Positions 1 to 13,647 of a stretch of DNA of 64,000 nucleotides are shown here, piece after piece. The notes below the pieces were generated by a model. It saw nothing but the letters and a program-made list of their open reading frames with translations, had not been told where the DNA came from and ran no database searches. This DNA is from Eledone cirrhosa (lineage: Eukaryota), in NCBI GenBank assembly GCA_964016885.1, contig OZ024750.1, forward strand, positions 18,724,001-18,788,000. Direction: 5' to 3'. Positions within the stretch are counted from its first letter, which is position 1. Each line of letters opens with the position of its first letter. A program made the position numbers and the translations under genes.

Positions 1-30
1 ATATACACACATATATATACATATACATAA

Positions 31-73
<43 letters not shown>

Positions 74-121
74 CATATATATATACATACATATATATAT
101 ACATACATATATATATACATA

Positions 122-153
<32 letters not shown>

Positions 154-287
154 CATATATACATACATATATACATACATATATACATACATACATATAT
201 ACATACATATAATCATACATATATATATATATATACACACATACATATATGTACACATATATATACATACATATATGTGTGTGTGTA
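1..287. repeat. (TA)n/(TACA)n compound microsatellite
   Basis: Read directly; many similar (TA)n tracts occur across the window. Confidence 0.95.
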
Positions 288-914
288 TAGTGGGCCTCTG
301 TAAATACCAAGATTTTTACATTGTTGAGTCTTTTGTCTTTTTCAAATTTTATATTTTATTTTTAGGTGGTGACACTTTCCTTTATATCTGTACATTTTCA
401 CTGGGTATGTAACAGTATACCAGTTTTAGAAATAGGTACACTATATCCCTGCATGTTACAAGAGGTGACTACAAAAGGGGGTTGGTGCCATGAAGGGCAC
501 GAGGCTAACTCCTGCTTTAGTAGGGAAAATGACCATAAAACAGTTTTATACAATAGGTACAGCATATCCCTGTGTTGTAATAGGAGACTAAAAGGGCTTG
601 ATGCCAAGAAGGGTATGTGGCTAACCCCTGCTTTAGCAAGAAAAATGGCCATAAAATGCTTATTTTTGTTTTGAATAGGACACCGTGTGCCATAAGAGGC
701 AAATAAAGGAGTTGGTGCCAGGAAGTGCATCCAGCTGCAATACATTGCCTCAAATAAAGGGACACCCCTGAATGAAACCTGTCATGAGGGAAGGACCCCT
801 CAAATAATGCTAACTCCTGCTTTGGCAGGGAAAAATGACCTTATGTTTTTTTTTGTATTTGTTATTGTCTATATCAGCAACATTGAAAAGATGTTGAGAA
901 AAACAAACAACACA

Positions 915-954
<40 letters not shown>

Positions 955-1134
955 CATGCACACGTGTATTGTACGTGTGTGTTAGTGTGTTTGTGTGCGT
1001 GGTGGTAATTATTTGATGTGGGGGATGGGGACCAATGAAAACTCAATCAAATAGATCTCTTTTAAAAAATAAAAAAAAATAATGTCCTAACACCATTCTT
1101 TGGTGCAACCACAAAAGTCTGGCAGTCTTGTTTG

Positions 1135-1410
1135 TTTATTATTATAATTGTTGTTTTCACCATTTGTGGCTGGAACTAAAAAAATCTGCTTCTCAAATTT
1201 GAACTCCCTCATCAGGGAATTACCAAAATATTTTCAAAAGTGTTTGTTTTATCAGCTTTACATGTGTGTGAGTGTGTGTGTGTGTTTATATGTATATATA
1301 TATATACATATATGTATTATCATCACCATTTAATGATGATACATACATCTATATATGTGTGTGTATGTACATATTTCAGCTTTTAGTTTCAGTCATTGCT
1401 GTTTTTTATT
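1135..1410 (-). terminator. Candidate AATAAA polyadenylation signals for DNAJC8 (1410-1405 and 1140-1135)
   Basis: TTTATT on the + strand ~90 and ~360 nt past the stop codon; which one is used is unknown. Confidence 0.35.
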
Positions 1411-1500
1411 CGTTGCCTCAGCTGTGGTCACCCCCAAAAAATGTTCTCACTGCATCCCACCATCATTAGTTTAGCATTGTAGAAGCAGTAGTCAACCAAA

Positions 1501-1605
1501 TCATCTTTGTTCTGCCTTGTGTTTAGGTGGACGGAACAAACCTTTTGCCTTCTTACCACCTGCCTTCCAATTTCGCCAACTGTTCACACGTTCCTTACGA
1601 CTTTC
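1501..1605 (-). CDS. DNAJC8: DNAJC8 coding exon 9 (ESRKERVNSWRNWKAGGKKAKGLFRPPKHKAEQR*)
   Basis: 105 nt to TGA at 1503-1501; AAG acceptor; conserved C-terminal RPPK..EQR. Confidence 0.94.
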   Translation of the reverse strand, partial: ESRKERVNSWRNWKAGGKKAKGLFRPPKHKAEQR

Positions 1606-3268
1606 CTTCAAATAGAAACATACAGGCTAGTCAGTGATTCATGAAAATTAATAAACAAACAAATGATATGTCATTTAATTAAAAAGAAAAAACTGATAAT
1701 TTGATTGGACCAAAGAAACATTGATCTTTCTATTGCTGATATTATCTGTAGGTTGTCAAAAGAAAGGAGTCAATCGTCAGATCAGACCAAAGAAACAATG
1801 TTTCCATCGGTCTTTCTAATGAGGATACTATCTGCTGGTTTCAACTCCTGCCTAAGAAAGGATTCGATCATTAGATCAGACCAAGGAAACAATGTTTCTA
1901 TTGGCCTTTCCATCATTTGTGCCATTTGCCAATCACTTCTGACAGAAAGAAGTGAGATTTGAACCAAAACACACAGAACCAGATCAGATAGTCAGGCATC
2001 TTGTCTAACTCTTTTAATAATTGTTTCTACTTTTGGCAAAAGGCCAGCAATTATCCCAGTGCATTCCTGGTGCTTTATTTTATCGACCTCATAAGGATGA
2101 AAGACAAAGTTAACCTTGGATTTTAACCCAGACTGTAAAGGGATGTAACTCTATGCTGAAAACCATGGCGTCCGACCCTCTATCGATACTGCCAATCCAT
2201 CACACCCTGGACTTGTACTTAAATTCAATAAAAATGCATATTATTTCCTAACATTATCCTTCAAAATAAACAGCTATTACATCTCAGTTAAAAGTTATTT
2301 TTAAAACTCTTTTGTAGCTGTGTTTCTAATGAAATACGTTACTTCATTTAACTAATTATGAATTCTGAGGGATTTATTACATTTATTAATTATTTCACGA
2401 CTAAGATAGTAACATATGGTTCTTATAGAACTCCAAATAAGAACTCATATCATGACAACCCATCCAACTAATGCCAGCATGAAAAGCAGCTATATGACGA
2501 TTATGATATACCGAATGTTGCAAACAAAAATATTCCTAATTGAAATTTGTCTCTTAGTTGGCAAATGAAAAGAAACTTGTAATTGTTAATAGAAAGAAGA
2601 AGGGAGATAATTTTAAAAATCCACAATCACTCAAAGTCAATTTATATGTTTAGTGCGAAAGATTGCAGTAACTACACAGCAATCTATTACATTATCGATG
2701 TATACAATCATAAAATATAACTAAATCACTGACCTACAAATATATTCTCTATCCTAAGTTCTAACTCACATCATTTTCTCTCCGTTTTTCCATGCTGCTC
2801 TTTCCAGCACAGCCTCCTTCAACTTGTAGTGTTTTGAGATTAGATCTAATCACTTCTGTCCATGTCTTTCTCAGTCTTCCTTCCACTTTCACCAATATAT
2901 GGTTTGAGAGGACTCTTCAATCTTGACTAGCATGACAACCTTTCAAGTACCAGTGTCCCCATAAAACATCCAACCCACACTGTAAAGTGGTCATGACAAA
3001 AAGCACCCAGCGCACACTGTAAATGCGGAAGGGCATCCAGCCAGAAACAGTTCTGTATGAGCATGACATGGTCACCTGACTCAACTTGCCTCTAATGGAA
3101 CAAACCAGTCTAACCCATGCTAATGTGGAAAAATTGACATTAAACAATGATGATGATGATGATACATATATATATATCTTCAGTTGTGTCAAGGAGATAA
3201 CCTCTTAGTGTTGGTGACAAGATAAAACAAACTCAGTATCTAACAAATAGAGAATAAAAAGAACTTAC

Positions 3269-3344
3269 TTCATAGTTTTTCTGCCATTCTGCCTCAACTT
3301 TTCTTTTTTCGGCATCTAAAATTTCTTCTTCTGCTTTCCTTTTC
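3269..3344 (-). CDS. DNAJC8: DNAJC8 coding exon 8 (RKRKAEEEILDAEKRKVEAEWQKNYE)
   Basis: 76 nt, phase 2->0, GTAAGT donor. Confidence 0.95.
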
Positions 3345-3560
3345 CTGCAATATCATAAGCATTGACCAATGAAAACACAGGAACAGTTTAATTGACCAAT
3401 GAAAATGCAAATTTAATTTCTGAACTTATTTGTAACTAATCAATATATTATTACATTAGTCACTGCAAAGTGGACGCAGCATGACGGAATGATTAAAAAT
3501 TTAGCTTCAGAATCATTAGGACCCCCGGTTTGATGAAAATGAAAAAGAAAACAGTCTTAC

Positions 3561-3652
3561 CTTTCATGCATTTCTTTGGCTTCTTTCTCTTGACGCAACC
3601 GCTCTAAGTCAGCAAATAGTTTACATGTCTGTACATATACTGCATGTTTATG
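3561..3652 (-). CDS. DNAJC8: DNAJC8 coding exon 7 (HKHAVYVQTCKLFADLERLRQEKEAKEMHE)
   Basis: 92 nt, CAG acceptor, AG|GTAAGA donor, ends in phase 2. Confidence 0.95.
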
Positions 3653-3889
3653 CTGCAAATCAAGTGTTATAAACAGAATAAGATATAAGTACATGCTGCA
3701 GAATTACATATAAAATATTTTAAATACAAATTTATAAAAATAAACAAGATTAAGGATGCAAGTCTCATAATAGGGTTCATACTCATTATGGGGTCTTTTT
3801 GAGGCAATGAATTACAGTAGGATGCTGTTCCAAATACCAACACTGTTAGCTGACTCTTGAAGTTAGGAAATTTTTTTTTTTTTCCTGTT

Positions 3890-4758
3890 TAGCTAAGACA
3901 AAAGTGTTGATGAGTAGAAAAGAGGACAAAACTCTGATTATGTCAGGGAAATGGCCATGTTCGATATGCAGAAAAGGAACTGGCATAAATTCTATAAAAT
4001 GTACGCAATGCAGATCTTGGGTACACAAGAGAATTAGTGGGATAGCAAGCAAACTTACAGGTCGGGAGAAATACGTATGCAGTAGATGTACAGGGAAATT
4101 TGACAGTAGAAGTCGCATTGGTAGACACATTTTTCAAATGCAGGTGGGTGCTATAGAAGTGGTTGATAGCTTCCGGTACCTAGGTGATCAGATTAGCATG
4201 GGAGGAGGGTGTTCCGAGGCCATAGTATCTAGAATAAGGACGGGTTGGAAGAAGTTTAGGGAGCTGCTTCCTCTGCTGACAAAGAAGGGTTTCTCCCTGC
4301 GTATGAAAGGCCAGTTATATGATGCCTGTGCGAGGTGCGCCATGCTGCATGGTAGTGAGACATGGGCAGCAACTGCAGAAGATATGCGACGGCTGGAGAG
4401 AAATGAGGCAAGCATGCTCCATTAGATGTGCAATGTCAATGTGCGTGAACGACCAAGCATGGATGTGTTGAGAGAGAAACTGTGTCTGAGAGGGATAAAT
4501 TGTAGTGTGCATGAGAGGAGACTGCGATGGTATGGACATGTGATGCGCATGGAGGATGACCAATGGGTGAAGAAGTGCCAGAAAATGCCAGTTGAAGGAA
4601 GACGTAGTAGAGGAAGACCACGAAAAACATGGACGGAGGTGGTGAGAGCAGACCTCAGATCGCTGAAGCTCACGGTGGAGATGCTGTGCTGAATAGGACC
4701 TGTCCCATCCTTGCAAGCAGGGAAAAGTGGATGTAAAATGATGATGATGATGATGATG
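3890..4758 (+). mobile_element. RTE-clade LINE, 5'-truncated 3' fragment
   Basis: ORFs 3904..4425 and 4426..4692 encode the RT C-terminus (FRYLG, RLRWYGHVMR, GRPRKTW) split by an in-frame stop; (GAT)n tail; possible TSD TGTTTA at 3886-3891 and 4757-4762. Confidence 0.93.
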
Positions 4759-4829
4759 TTTATGCCATAAAGTAGAAAAGAAATTGTGTTTCAGTTGGAA
4801 CCCCCTAACAAAGGTTTTTTGTTTTAAGC

Positions 4830-4976
4830 CAGTCATTGGCAAACTGCAGCCCATTTAGCTCTCTGAATGGCCCGCCTAATTTCAAAATGGCCTTGAATTT
4901 TTTTAGTACTGCAGCCTGCCTTATGATGAGCTACACCCTATGTGGCTCACTGCTCGAAAAAGGTTGCCCATGCTTG
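4830..4976. mobile_element. hAT-like MITE (second copy 5830-5968)
   Basis: CAGTCATTGGCAAACT ... AGGTTGCCCATGCTTG ends, shared internal sequence. Confidence 0.55.
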
Positions 4977-5363
4977 TCCTAAACATTAGATTTCTCTTCA
5001 TCATCAGCAAGACATTTATTCCACTTTGTGACACAAGCAAACAGTTTGGGCAGTTAAGACCTTAATGAAGTTAAACAGAATTAAATGCCATAACTGGAGC
5101 AAATAAAACAAGAAAAAAAGAATTTCTAATTTAGGCACAAGGTCATTAATTTGAAGAGGGGGTGAAGGTGATTACATTGACTCCAGTACTTGAATGGTAC
5201 TTCACTTTATTGACTCCAGAATGATGAAAAGCAAAGTTAACCCCAGCATGATTTAAACATAGAATGTAAAGTGTCTGAACAAATACTGCTAAGTATTTTG
5301 TTTAATGCTCTATTAATTCTGATAATTGACTACCTAACAAAACAACAACAGTAATAATAATAC

Positions 5364-5432
5364 CTTATTAATGTCATCATCAATTACAGATGGTTTGCCT
5401 TCTTTCTTCAGTTGTTTTTTCTTCTGTTTATT
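5364..5432 (-). CDS. DNAJC8: DNAJC8 coding exon 6 (NKQKKKQLKKEGKPSVIDDDINK)
   Basis: 69 nt, phase 0-0; KKQLKKEGKP matches remembered DNAJC8. Confidence 0.94.
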
Positions 5433-6219
5433 CTGAAAATGGAAATTAAAACATGAAACATTTTACTCTCACACAAGAAATTATCATCATAATTTTTTAC
5501 ATCTAGGTTCTCCATGCTGGCACTGGTCAGCCTGAGGTTATAGTCAAAGCCACTTGCCCAAAGTGCCATGCTGTGGGATCAAACAAGAAACCACATGATT
5601 GCAGTGCTAACTTCTTAACCACACAGCCATGCCTGAAACTACTCTGGTTCAATGAATTTATTTGTGGGGAATTTTCATTATTTTACATTTAATTTTTCAC
5701 ACTAGTAGCTTTGAGGAATGGGTTTGGGGTCAGTAATTGCTTATACAACTGAAGAGAAGCCTTTCTACTGATAATTACTGAAATGTGAAAAATTTAGAGT
5801 AGTCATGGGCAAACTATGAAGAATTTAGAGCAGTCATTGGTAAACTGTTGGCTTTCTGAATGACATGCCTAGTGAAAAATTACCTTGAATTTTTTAGTAG
5901 TGTAGCCCAGCTTATGATGAGCTATATCTCATGTAGCCCACTGCTCAAAAAAAGGTTGTCCATGCCTGGAGTGGAACCTGGAATTGTCAGTCAGATAGAC
6001 TCAACCACAGAGGAGCATAATGTACAACAACTGTGTCAGTAATTGCTTATATAATTGGAGAGATTCCCTTCCTAACAGTAATCAATGAAATATAAAGAAT
6101 TTAAAGTGTAATCTGGTTTTGCCAGAAGTATGTGTCTTACTCAGTGAGCCAATAGCAACAGCTGTGAATGTATGGTTTGAACCTGAGACCATGTGGTCAG
6201 TAGTATACAATGGTGTTGT

Positions 6220-6575
6220 TATACCTAAACATTTACAATACAATACCACTGGACTGCACCAAAGTCAGCCAAGGACCAGGTGACATTATAGCTATACCTA
6301 CTAAAGTTACCCAAGAACCAGTTGGTGGTGGTGTACCAAACTTATCAAAGGTACCCAAGGACCAGGTGGTGGTGTTACACCTAGACTTACTAAAGTTACC
6401 CAAGGACTAGTTGGTGGTGGTGTACCAAACCTATCAAAGATACCCAAGGACCGGGTGGGGTCAGTATTATACCTAAACCAATCAAAGGTACTCAAGAATC
6501 AGGTGGGGGTAATGTTATACCTAAACCTATCAAAGGTACCCAAGGGCCAGTGGGTGTCAGTATTATACCTAAACC
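6220..6575. repeat. Degenerate ~50-bp tandem repeat
   Basis: ttatacctaaacctatcaaaggtacccaaggaccaggtggtgg, ~7 copies. Confidence 0.8.
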
Positions 6576-6653
6576 ATTACAATACAACAACAACCAAAAG
6601 AAATGAAAGGAACTCAATGAGTATTTAGTTGCCAAAATATAAATAATATTTAC

Positions 6654-6748
6654 CATTTCATCCACTCTGGAAATTGCTTCATCAATAATTTCTCGACATC
6701 TCTTGTAACCTTCTTCACTTTCGAGTGTTTTATAGGCTCTATTTACAG
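6654..6748 (-). CDS. DNAJC8: DNAJC8 coding exon 5 (AVNRAYKTLESEEGYKRCREIIDEAISRVDEM)
   Basis: 95 nt, phase 1->0, CAG/GT sites. Confidence 0.94.
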
Positions 6749-7142
6749 CTGAAATAAATGGAATATATTTTTAACAAGAGAAAATACTTTTTACTAAGGA
6801 CAGAATCAAGACATTATGGATAAACTGAGAGAAAAGCTGGGTATAAAAGGAATCAGATTTACTAGGCAAGAGAGAAAATTGTGCTGGGCATGTGATGCGA
6901 AGAAGTGCTCGGTGATCCCAGTAGAAGGTATCTACAGTAGTGGAAGACTGAGAAAATAATGGGCGAAAGTGGTTAGAACGCATCTCAAAATGCACAACCT
7001 CACAGAGGAAATGATGAATTAACGTGCCAAGTGGAGGGATGTTGTCTGAAAAGGAACTATCCAATCCATGCAAGCATGGAAAAGTAGATGTAAATTGATG
7101 ATGATATATAAATATCAATGATACATGTTCAGCAGTATTATA

Positions 7143-7339
7143 CAAGGATGGGCTGAAAAGTTCATAGGCAGACTATGAAGGAGTAATGCTAGAACTGTGA
7201 AATCTTGTATGCAATAATTTCAATTCTTTTTCTGAATAACTGCATTGTTTCTTTCCAGGGACCACGTTGGAAAAATAAACCTCATTTGGTCATTCCACGA
7301 GTATCTTGGTCAGCCTATGAACTTTTCAGCCGACCCTTG
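7143..7339. mobile_element. Tc1/mariner-type MITE
   Basis: TA + CAAGGATGGGCTGAAAAGTTCATAGGC ... GCCTATGAACTTTTCAGCCGACCCTTG, ~30-bp TIRs. Confidence 0.75.
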
Positions 7340-8149
7340 TGTTTCACAGACAGATATAACTACCATATATATTAATGTAAATCACATCTTTCTTTCTATG
7401 AAAATATGTGATAGCCTACATGTAACACCTGATGAACCTACAAATACCTGGCCAAATTTATAGTCCTCGCCGGAGTACTCTGGCCAGACTTGCCTCCCGG
7501 CATAAACGACCTGCTTAGCCCACGCAAGCATGGAAAAATGGACGCTAAACGGTGATATACATATATATAAACTCCGACCTCACACACTTACACCTCTCCA
7601 AGACAATGTCACTGGACCGAGACCTTTGGCGGTACTCAGTAACAGAGAAGACCCGCCTTACCTAAATACATAGTAAAACCTACTACAGCCAGTAGACATC
7701 TCTAACAAAATACCCCCCCGTCCCACCACCACCACCCCCACCCCATCCACACCACCCCGTTCTATGTAAAGTTGTGTTGGTGCCACACCATCCAGGCCGA
7801 AACAAATGAGATCGTGTAGGTGTCACGACAAAAAAACACACAGTCCACGCTGTAATGTGGCCGTGTAGGCAACACGGTAAAAACCTCCCAGACCCACACT
7901 GTAAATGTGGTTGGTGTTAGGAAGGGCATCCAACTGTAGAAAACCTGCCAGACAGTCCTATGCGAGCAAGACAATCACTCTTGCCTCAAGTGGGACTACC
8001 CCCGTCCAAACCCATGCAAGCGTGGAACACGGACGTTAAACGTTGATGATGATGATGATGATGATAACAAAAGATCCCGTTAAGGGTGAAAACAGCAATT
8101 CTTTGCTTAAATTTTAATCTGTTCTTATAATAAATATTCTCTCTACAGG

Positions 8150-8210
<61 letters not shown>

Positions 8211-8241
8211 GATGTGTATGAATGACATTGTGTATATATAC

Positions 8242-8308
8242 CTTCAAATGATATTTGTGCTCTTTCTTTATCATCTTGGTTTTTGTCTGGATGCACCAAT
8301 ATTGACAT
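8242..8308 (-). CDS. DNAJC8: DNAJC8 coding exon 4 (MSILVHPDKNQDDKERAQISFE)
   Basis: 67 nt, J-domain HPD motif, ends in phase 1. Confidence 0.96.
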
Positions 8309-8944
8309 CTGGTAAAAAATAGAAACAAAATGTACTTGATGTGAGTGTAAAAGAGCAATATAGATTTATGTATGTATAAATGACCAGATGTTTATAGAAA
8401 ATTCTTCCTTAATTAAGTCTTTCTTTTTTTTTTTTACTGTTTTGTTAGGGATATAGACACATTATTGATTTCTCTAGCTACTCTATCATACAGTATATAT
8501 AGTCTAGATTCTGTTTTCCATACTATATGATGAAGATGGATCCTCCATTTGTTTTGATGATGTGTTTTGAGATCCATTCAACAATGTGTCAAGCTGATTA
8601 AATTGACATACAAGTGGCTGAATAGTCCACAAGCACATGATCTCTCTCCGGCAGATTCAGAATGATACAGTGTGTGACAAGGCTTGACCATTTATGTAAC
8701 AGGTACAACCTATCTTGTATTATGATAGTTTTGGTTTACAAACATATCAGATGACGAACAGCCTTCAGGAACGAATTAAGTTTGTGAATCGAGGTTCCAC
8801 CACACACACACAAACATATATATATCAAATTAAAATGTTGAGTTAAAAGCTCACAATATTCCCTTATAATCCAATAAGCTCAAGAAAGAGATTCCAAGCT
8901 CTTTATAACACAGTAAAGAGAGAAATACACACATGCACACACAC

Positions 8945-8998
<54 letters not shown>

Positions 8999-9395
8999 AT
9001 AATAATAAATTTGAAGACTAAAATCCAAAGAGGGCTCGATAAGGATAAATATATATCAAATATATAAGAACCATAGAGCAAATATTTATTAAAATAACAG
9101 ATTAAAGTTTAACCAAAGAATCGCTGCTTTCACCCTTAACGGTGAAAGCAGCGATTCTTGGCTTAAACTTTAATCTGTTATCTTATATATATATATATGT
9201 GCAGAGACACGTGTTCAAATCTCTATATATGTGTATTTCTCTCTTTACTGTGTTATATATATAGTCCGTCTCCTTAATACTATAGCATATATAGTATGTT
9301 TCCACTATCTTCCACACTAATTAATTATTTTACCATCCATCCCTACATCCTCATCAAACTATATATAAAAGAATCATGTGAAAATTATAAACTAC

Positions 9396-9452
9396 CTGTC
9401 TGTATTTTTTCTTTACTTCAGGCATAGGCATATCTGGATCAATTTGAAGAAC
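9396..9452 (-). CDS. DNAJC8: DNAJC8 coding exon 3 (VLQIDPDMPMPEVKKKYRQ)
   Basis: 57 nt, CAG acceptor, GTAGTT donor; J-domain helices I-II. Confidence 0.95.
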
Positions 9453-10741
9453 CTGAAATTGACAGTGGAAATATTTGGGAAACAACAACAAAGTAACAAT
9501 AATAATAATGGTTTCTGATTTATGAACAAGAACAGCAATTTTGGGGGAAGGGGAATGTCAGTTATATCGACCCCCAGTGTATTACTGGTACTTTATTTTA
9601 TTGTTCCCATAAGGATGAAAGAGGCAAAGCTAACCATGGAAAGATTTTGACTGAGAATGTAAAGGGCTATAACTGTGTGCTGTGAAGCATGGTGTTTGAC
9701 GCTCTACAGATACTGCCAATCCACAGTAGTAGTAGAAACAATAATAACGAGGATGATGATTTTTAATTTAAGCCATCAATTTGAGGAGGAGAAAGAAATT
9801 TATTTCAATTAGCTCCATTTCTTTACTGGTATCTTATTTTATCAACCTCGTAAGAATGAACGGCAAAGTTCACCTCAGTGAAAATTCAACTCAGATTATA
9901 AATAGATGAAACAAATACCGCAAAGTATTTTGCCCAAAGTTCTAATAATAACAACAACTTATGCTTGAAATTTCAAAGCAATATTCTAATAAAATTAAAT
10001 TTACAGTTCACACTAAAATAGGTTTAATTGGCTTCTTATGAGGTTGTATTTCATAGGAGGTATTTTTAAAGATAGGGGCCTCAGTCATGTCATGTTGTTA
10101 CAGTTAACACTTATGCAAGTTTAACTGGCTTCCAATGAGGTTGTATTTCATAGGTCTCTTAAATGTTTTAATAATAGGAGTCCCCAGTCCTATCATGTCG
10201 TTACAGCTCACATTCATCATCATCATCATCATCATCATTTCATTTTACGTCCGCTTTTCCCTGCTTGCAAGGGTGGGAAGGGAACCGATACTGGCATGAT
10301 TTCTACAGCTGGATGCCCTTCCTAACACCAACCTCATTTACAGTGAGTGCTGGGTGCTTTTTTGCCGTGGCACCTCCACGACCACTTTGCAGTGAAATGA
10401 TAGGGACCTCAGTCCTTATCATCTCATTTCTACAGCTGAGTAAACTGGAGCAATGTGAAATAAAGTGTCTTGCTCAAGGAAACAACACATCACCCGGTCT
10501 GAGAATTGAACTCACAACCTTTCGATTGCAAGGCCAATGCTCTAACCACTAAGCCATGTGCCTCCATTGTGGTCTCATATCAGGTTGCATCTCATTGGAG
10601 GATTCTTAGGTGCTTTAATAATAGGGCCCCCAGTCCTATGAAAAGCAACATGAATTTTATTATGGCACTAACACTAGTGAGGTTATCTTGTCCTCCACAA
10701 GTCTAGAGCCCTTTCTACTCAATGTAACCTTTGTCCTTTAA

Positions 10742-10960
10742 CCCTTTAGCATTTAAATCGGTTGCATCCGGCCAGAATTCTCTCACCTCTTCCTGTTCAA
10801 ACCGGCTGTAATCGGCCACTCATACTAATGTTAAGGTATTGTTTTCAAAATAAATAATATCAAAATCTCATAGATTCGATATTAAGTGGGATAATTATGT
10901 GAGAAAGTGTTTACCGTGAAAATACAATAGTATATGTAGAGTAGTGTAAATGCTAAAGGG
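10742..10960. mobile_element. piggyBac-type MITE
   Basis: TTAA TSD on both sides; TIR CCCTTTAGCATTTA / TAAATGCTAAAGGG. Confidence 0.85.
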
Positions 10961-11053
10961 TTAAAAGTAAACATGATCCAAAATATAAATAGGAGAGTGA
11001 TGGCTCAGAAGGCCAAAGAAGACAATATGAGTGAATGAAGATGCATAACTTAC

Positions 11054-11155
11054 ATCAAAGGGATTCAAGTTAAAATATGTCGATCCTGGTCTTGTAAGAC
11101 GATCAATTTGTTCTTTAGATGTGAGACAAGCATCACGTTTTTCTATTTCTTTCAC
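11054..11155 (-). CDS. DNAJC8: DNAJC8 coding exon 2 (VKEIEKRD...NLNPFD)
   Basis: 102 nt, TAG acceptor, GTAAGT donor; within ORF 10961..11155. Confidence 0.96.
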
Positions 11156-11340
11156 CTAGAAAACATGAGACAGGGAGAGAAAGAGACAAAGAGACAAAGA
11201 TGTTAGTATGTAATATAGTTAAATCATCATTGCTAGTAGAATTTATTCACATTTAGATGTAATAGGGGACACAATAGCTGTTAATATACAGATGCTGGAC
11301 TTATTGACCACATGGTAGTGGAGTCAAATACACGCACACT

Positions 11341-11373
<33 letters not shown>

Positions 11374-13371
11374 TTATATACATACACACACAAAATAGGA
11401 TTCTTCTTAGTTTCCATCTACCGTATTGTAGCAAATGTATTTTATTTTGTAAAATACATTTCAGAAACATCTGTGTATGTGTGTGTACATATATACATAT
11501 AGAAATGGTTTTTACAGGACTAGAACTGTTTCATTTGTAGGAAATCATCAGAAATACCTGCATTCTTGATGATTTCATACAAATGAAACTAGTCGAGTCC
11601 TGTAGAAGCCATTTCTATATTTTAAAAAATTGATGCTTTCACTCTACTAATGTATTGAGTACCTTATTTACTGTTGTTACCCCCGATCTATGTGTGTGTG
11701 AATGCATTGGTTGAGTGGGTAGAGAATTGGATTCGCAATGGTGAGATTGTGAGTTCAATTCCCGGACCGGGAAATGTGTTGTGTCCTTGAGCAAGACACT
11801 TTATTTCACATTGCTCCTTCTACCTGGAGTTGCGACCGATAGATAGTATTAGCAATTGGAAAGACCAATGGAAACATTGTTTCCATGGTCCGATTTGACA
11901 AAAGTCGATATATATTTATATATATAATCAGAAGAATGAGAAATGAAATAGATTGAGGGGATGGGCGGGGTGGAATTGGAAAAAAAATGTCTTTAGATAA
12001 AAATAACAGGTCCATTCATGTTGACATGAGAAGGGGAAAGAGAACTAATGATGCAGTAATGTCGAACTTTGCTACATATTCCTACTCCATCTCTCCCTCC
12101 CTCATAACCCCCCCTCTCTACCTTATTTACTTTATCTCGAACCACTCTCTCACTCTCATTATCAGCAGTGTTTAAAGTCTGTTTTTTACACTAGCAAGAG
12201 TTGGACTGTAGACAAAATAAAAATATATACAAATACACATGGTGTATATTTAATTATTTATTTTACTGGTTTCAATTATGAGACTGATACTATGCTGGGA
12301 CACTGCCTCATAGGTCATTGACTTCAGGAAGAATTTGATCTCAGAATGCCACCGCCCTTGCTAAAATTTGAACTTGGAATGCAAAAGGAGATAAATATAT
12401 ACCAAAAGACATTAACTGCCAATCTATTGCTATATATTATGAATGATAATGATTTTTGATTTAGGCACAAGGCCCAACAGCTTTGGGAAGGAAAAAGTAG
12501 ATTAAATCGACCTCGTAAAAGTGAAAGGCAAAGCTAACCATGGCAGGATTTGAACTCAGAACGTAAAGGGCCATAACTATGCCACAAAGCATGTTGTCTG
12601 ACACTCAACCGATACTGCCTAGCCTCCACCATTTTATAATAATAATTGTTTCAACTTTTGACACAAGGCCAGCAATTACCCAGTGCATTGCTGGTGTTTT
12701 ATTTTAGTGACCTCGTAAGGATGAAAGGCAAAGTTAACCCCTGGATTTGAACCCAGACTGCAAAGCATGGTGTCTGACGCTCCACCGATACTGCCAATTC
12801 AACTGATTTAAAGTTTGGACAGAAGGCCAACAAATTTTGGGAGTAGGGAATGGTGACATCAACCTCAGTACTTAACTGCTAGTTTATTTTATCGACCCCA
12901 GAGGATGAAAGTTGAATGTGTGTGTGCATGTCACCATCATCATTATTATTTAACATCAGCTTTCCCCATTAGCAAGGGTTGATAGAGTTTCAGTTACATA
13001 GATGGACATGCCAACATTAGCATCATTATATAAGGATGGAATTCAGAAATATCTAACAACTCCACATCTAATAATCATTAAAACTGGCTGTGATGCAGAT
13101 AACCTCAACTCTATACACACGCACACAAACATATATGTATATCTGATTTTGAAATTGTACACCACATCAGTGTCATAAGACACAAAGGGATTGGTGTCAG
13201 GAAGGGCATCCAGTTGTATAACTGCTTCAATAAGTCCCATCCAATCCATGCCAGTATGAAAAAGCTGATGCAAAAACGATTATATATATATATGTATACA
13301 CACTTTGATTACCTGTACAGACAATATTAGAATGCTGTGTGAAGTGTGTACACATTTTTGGGGGGACACCC

Positions 13372-13408
<37 letters not shown>

Positions 13409-13647
13409 AATGGCAACATGAATGGACCTTTTATTTTTCTCTAAAAACATTTTTTCCAATTCCACCCTGCTCATCCCTTCAATCTGCCTAATTTCTCATT
13501 CTTTCTTCTGATGAAGGATTAGCGTCTGAAACGTTAAGACCCACTTCTTGCTATTTCAAGTGTTAAACTAATATATTCCTTGCATATACTGTACTGTTTC
13601 TTTTGTTATTTCTATTTTCCTTTTACACACACACGTATATATATATA

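Noticed and set aside
366-1016. Overlapping 70-115 aa ORFs downstream of DNAJC8
   Set aside because: The region consists of degenerate copies of a dispersed repeat (ctaactcctgctt..gaaaat, also at ~23910) and encodes no recognisable protein
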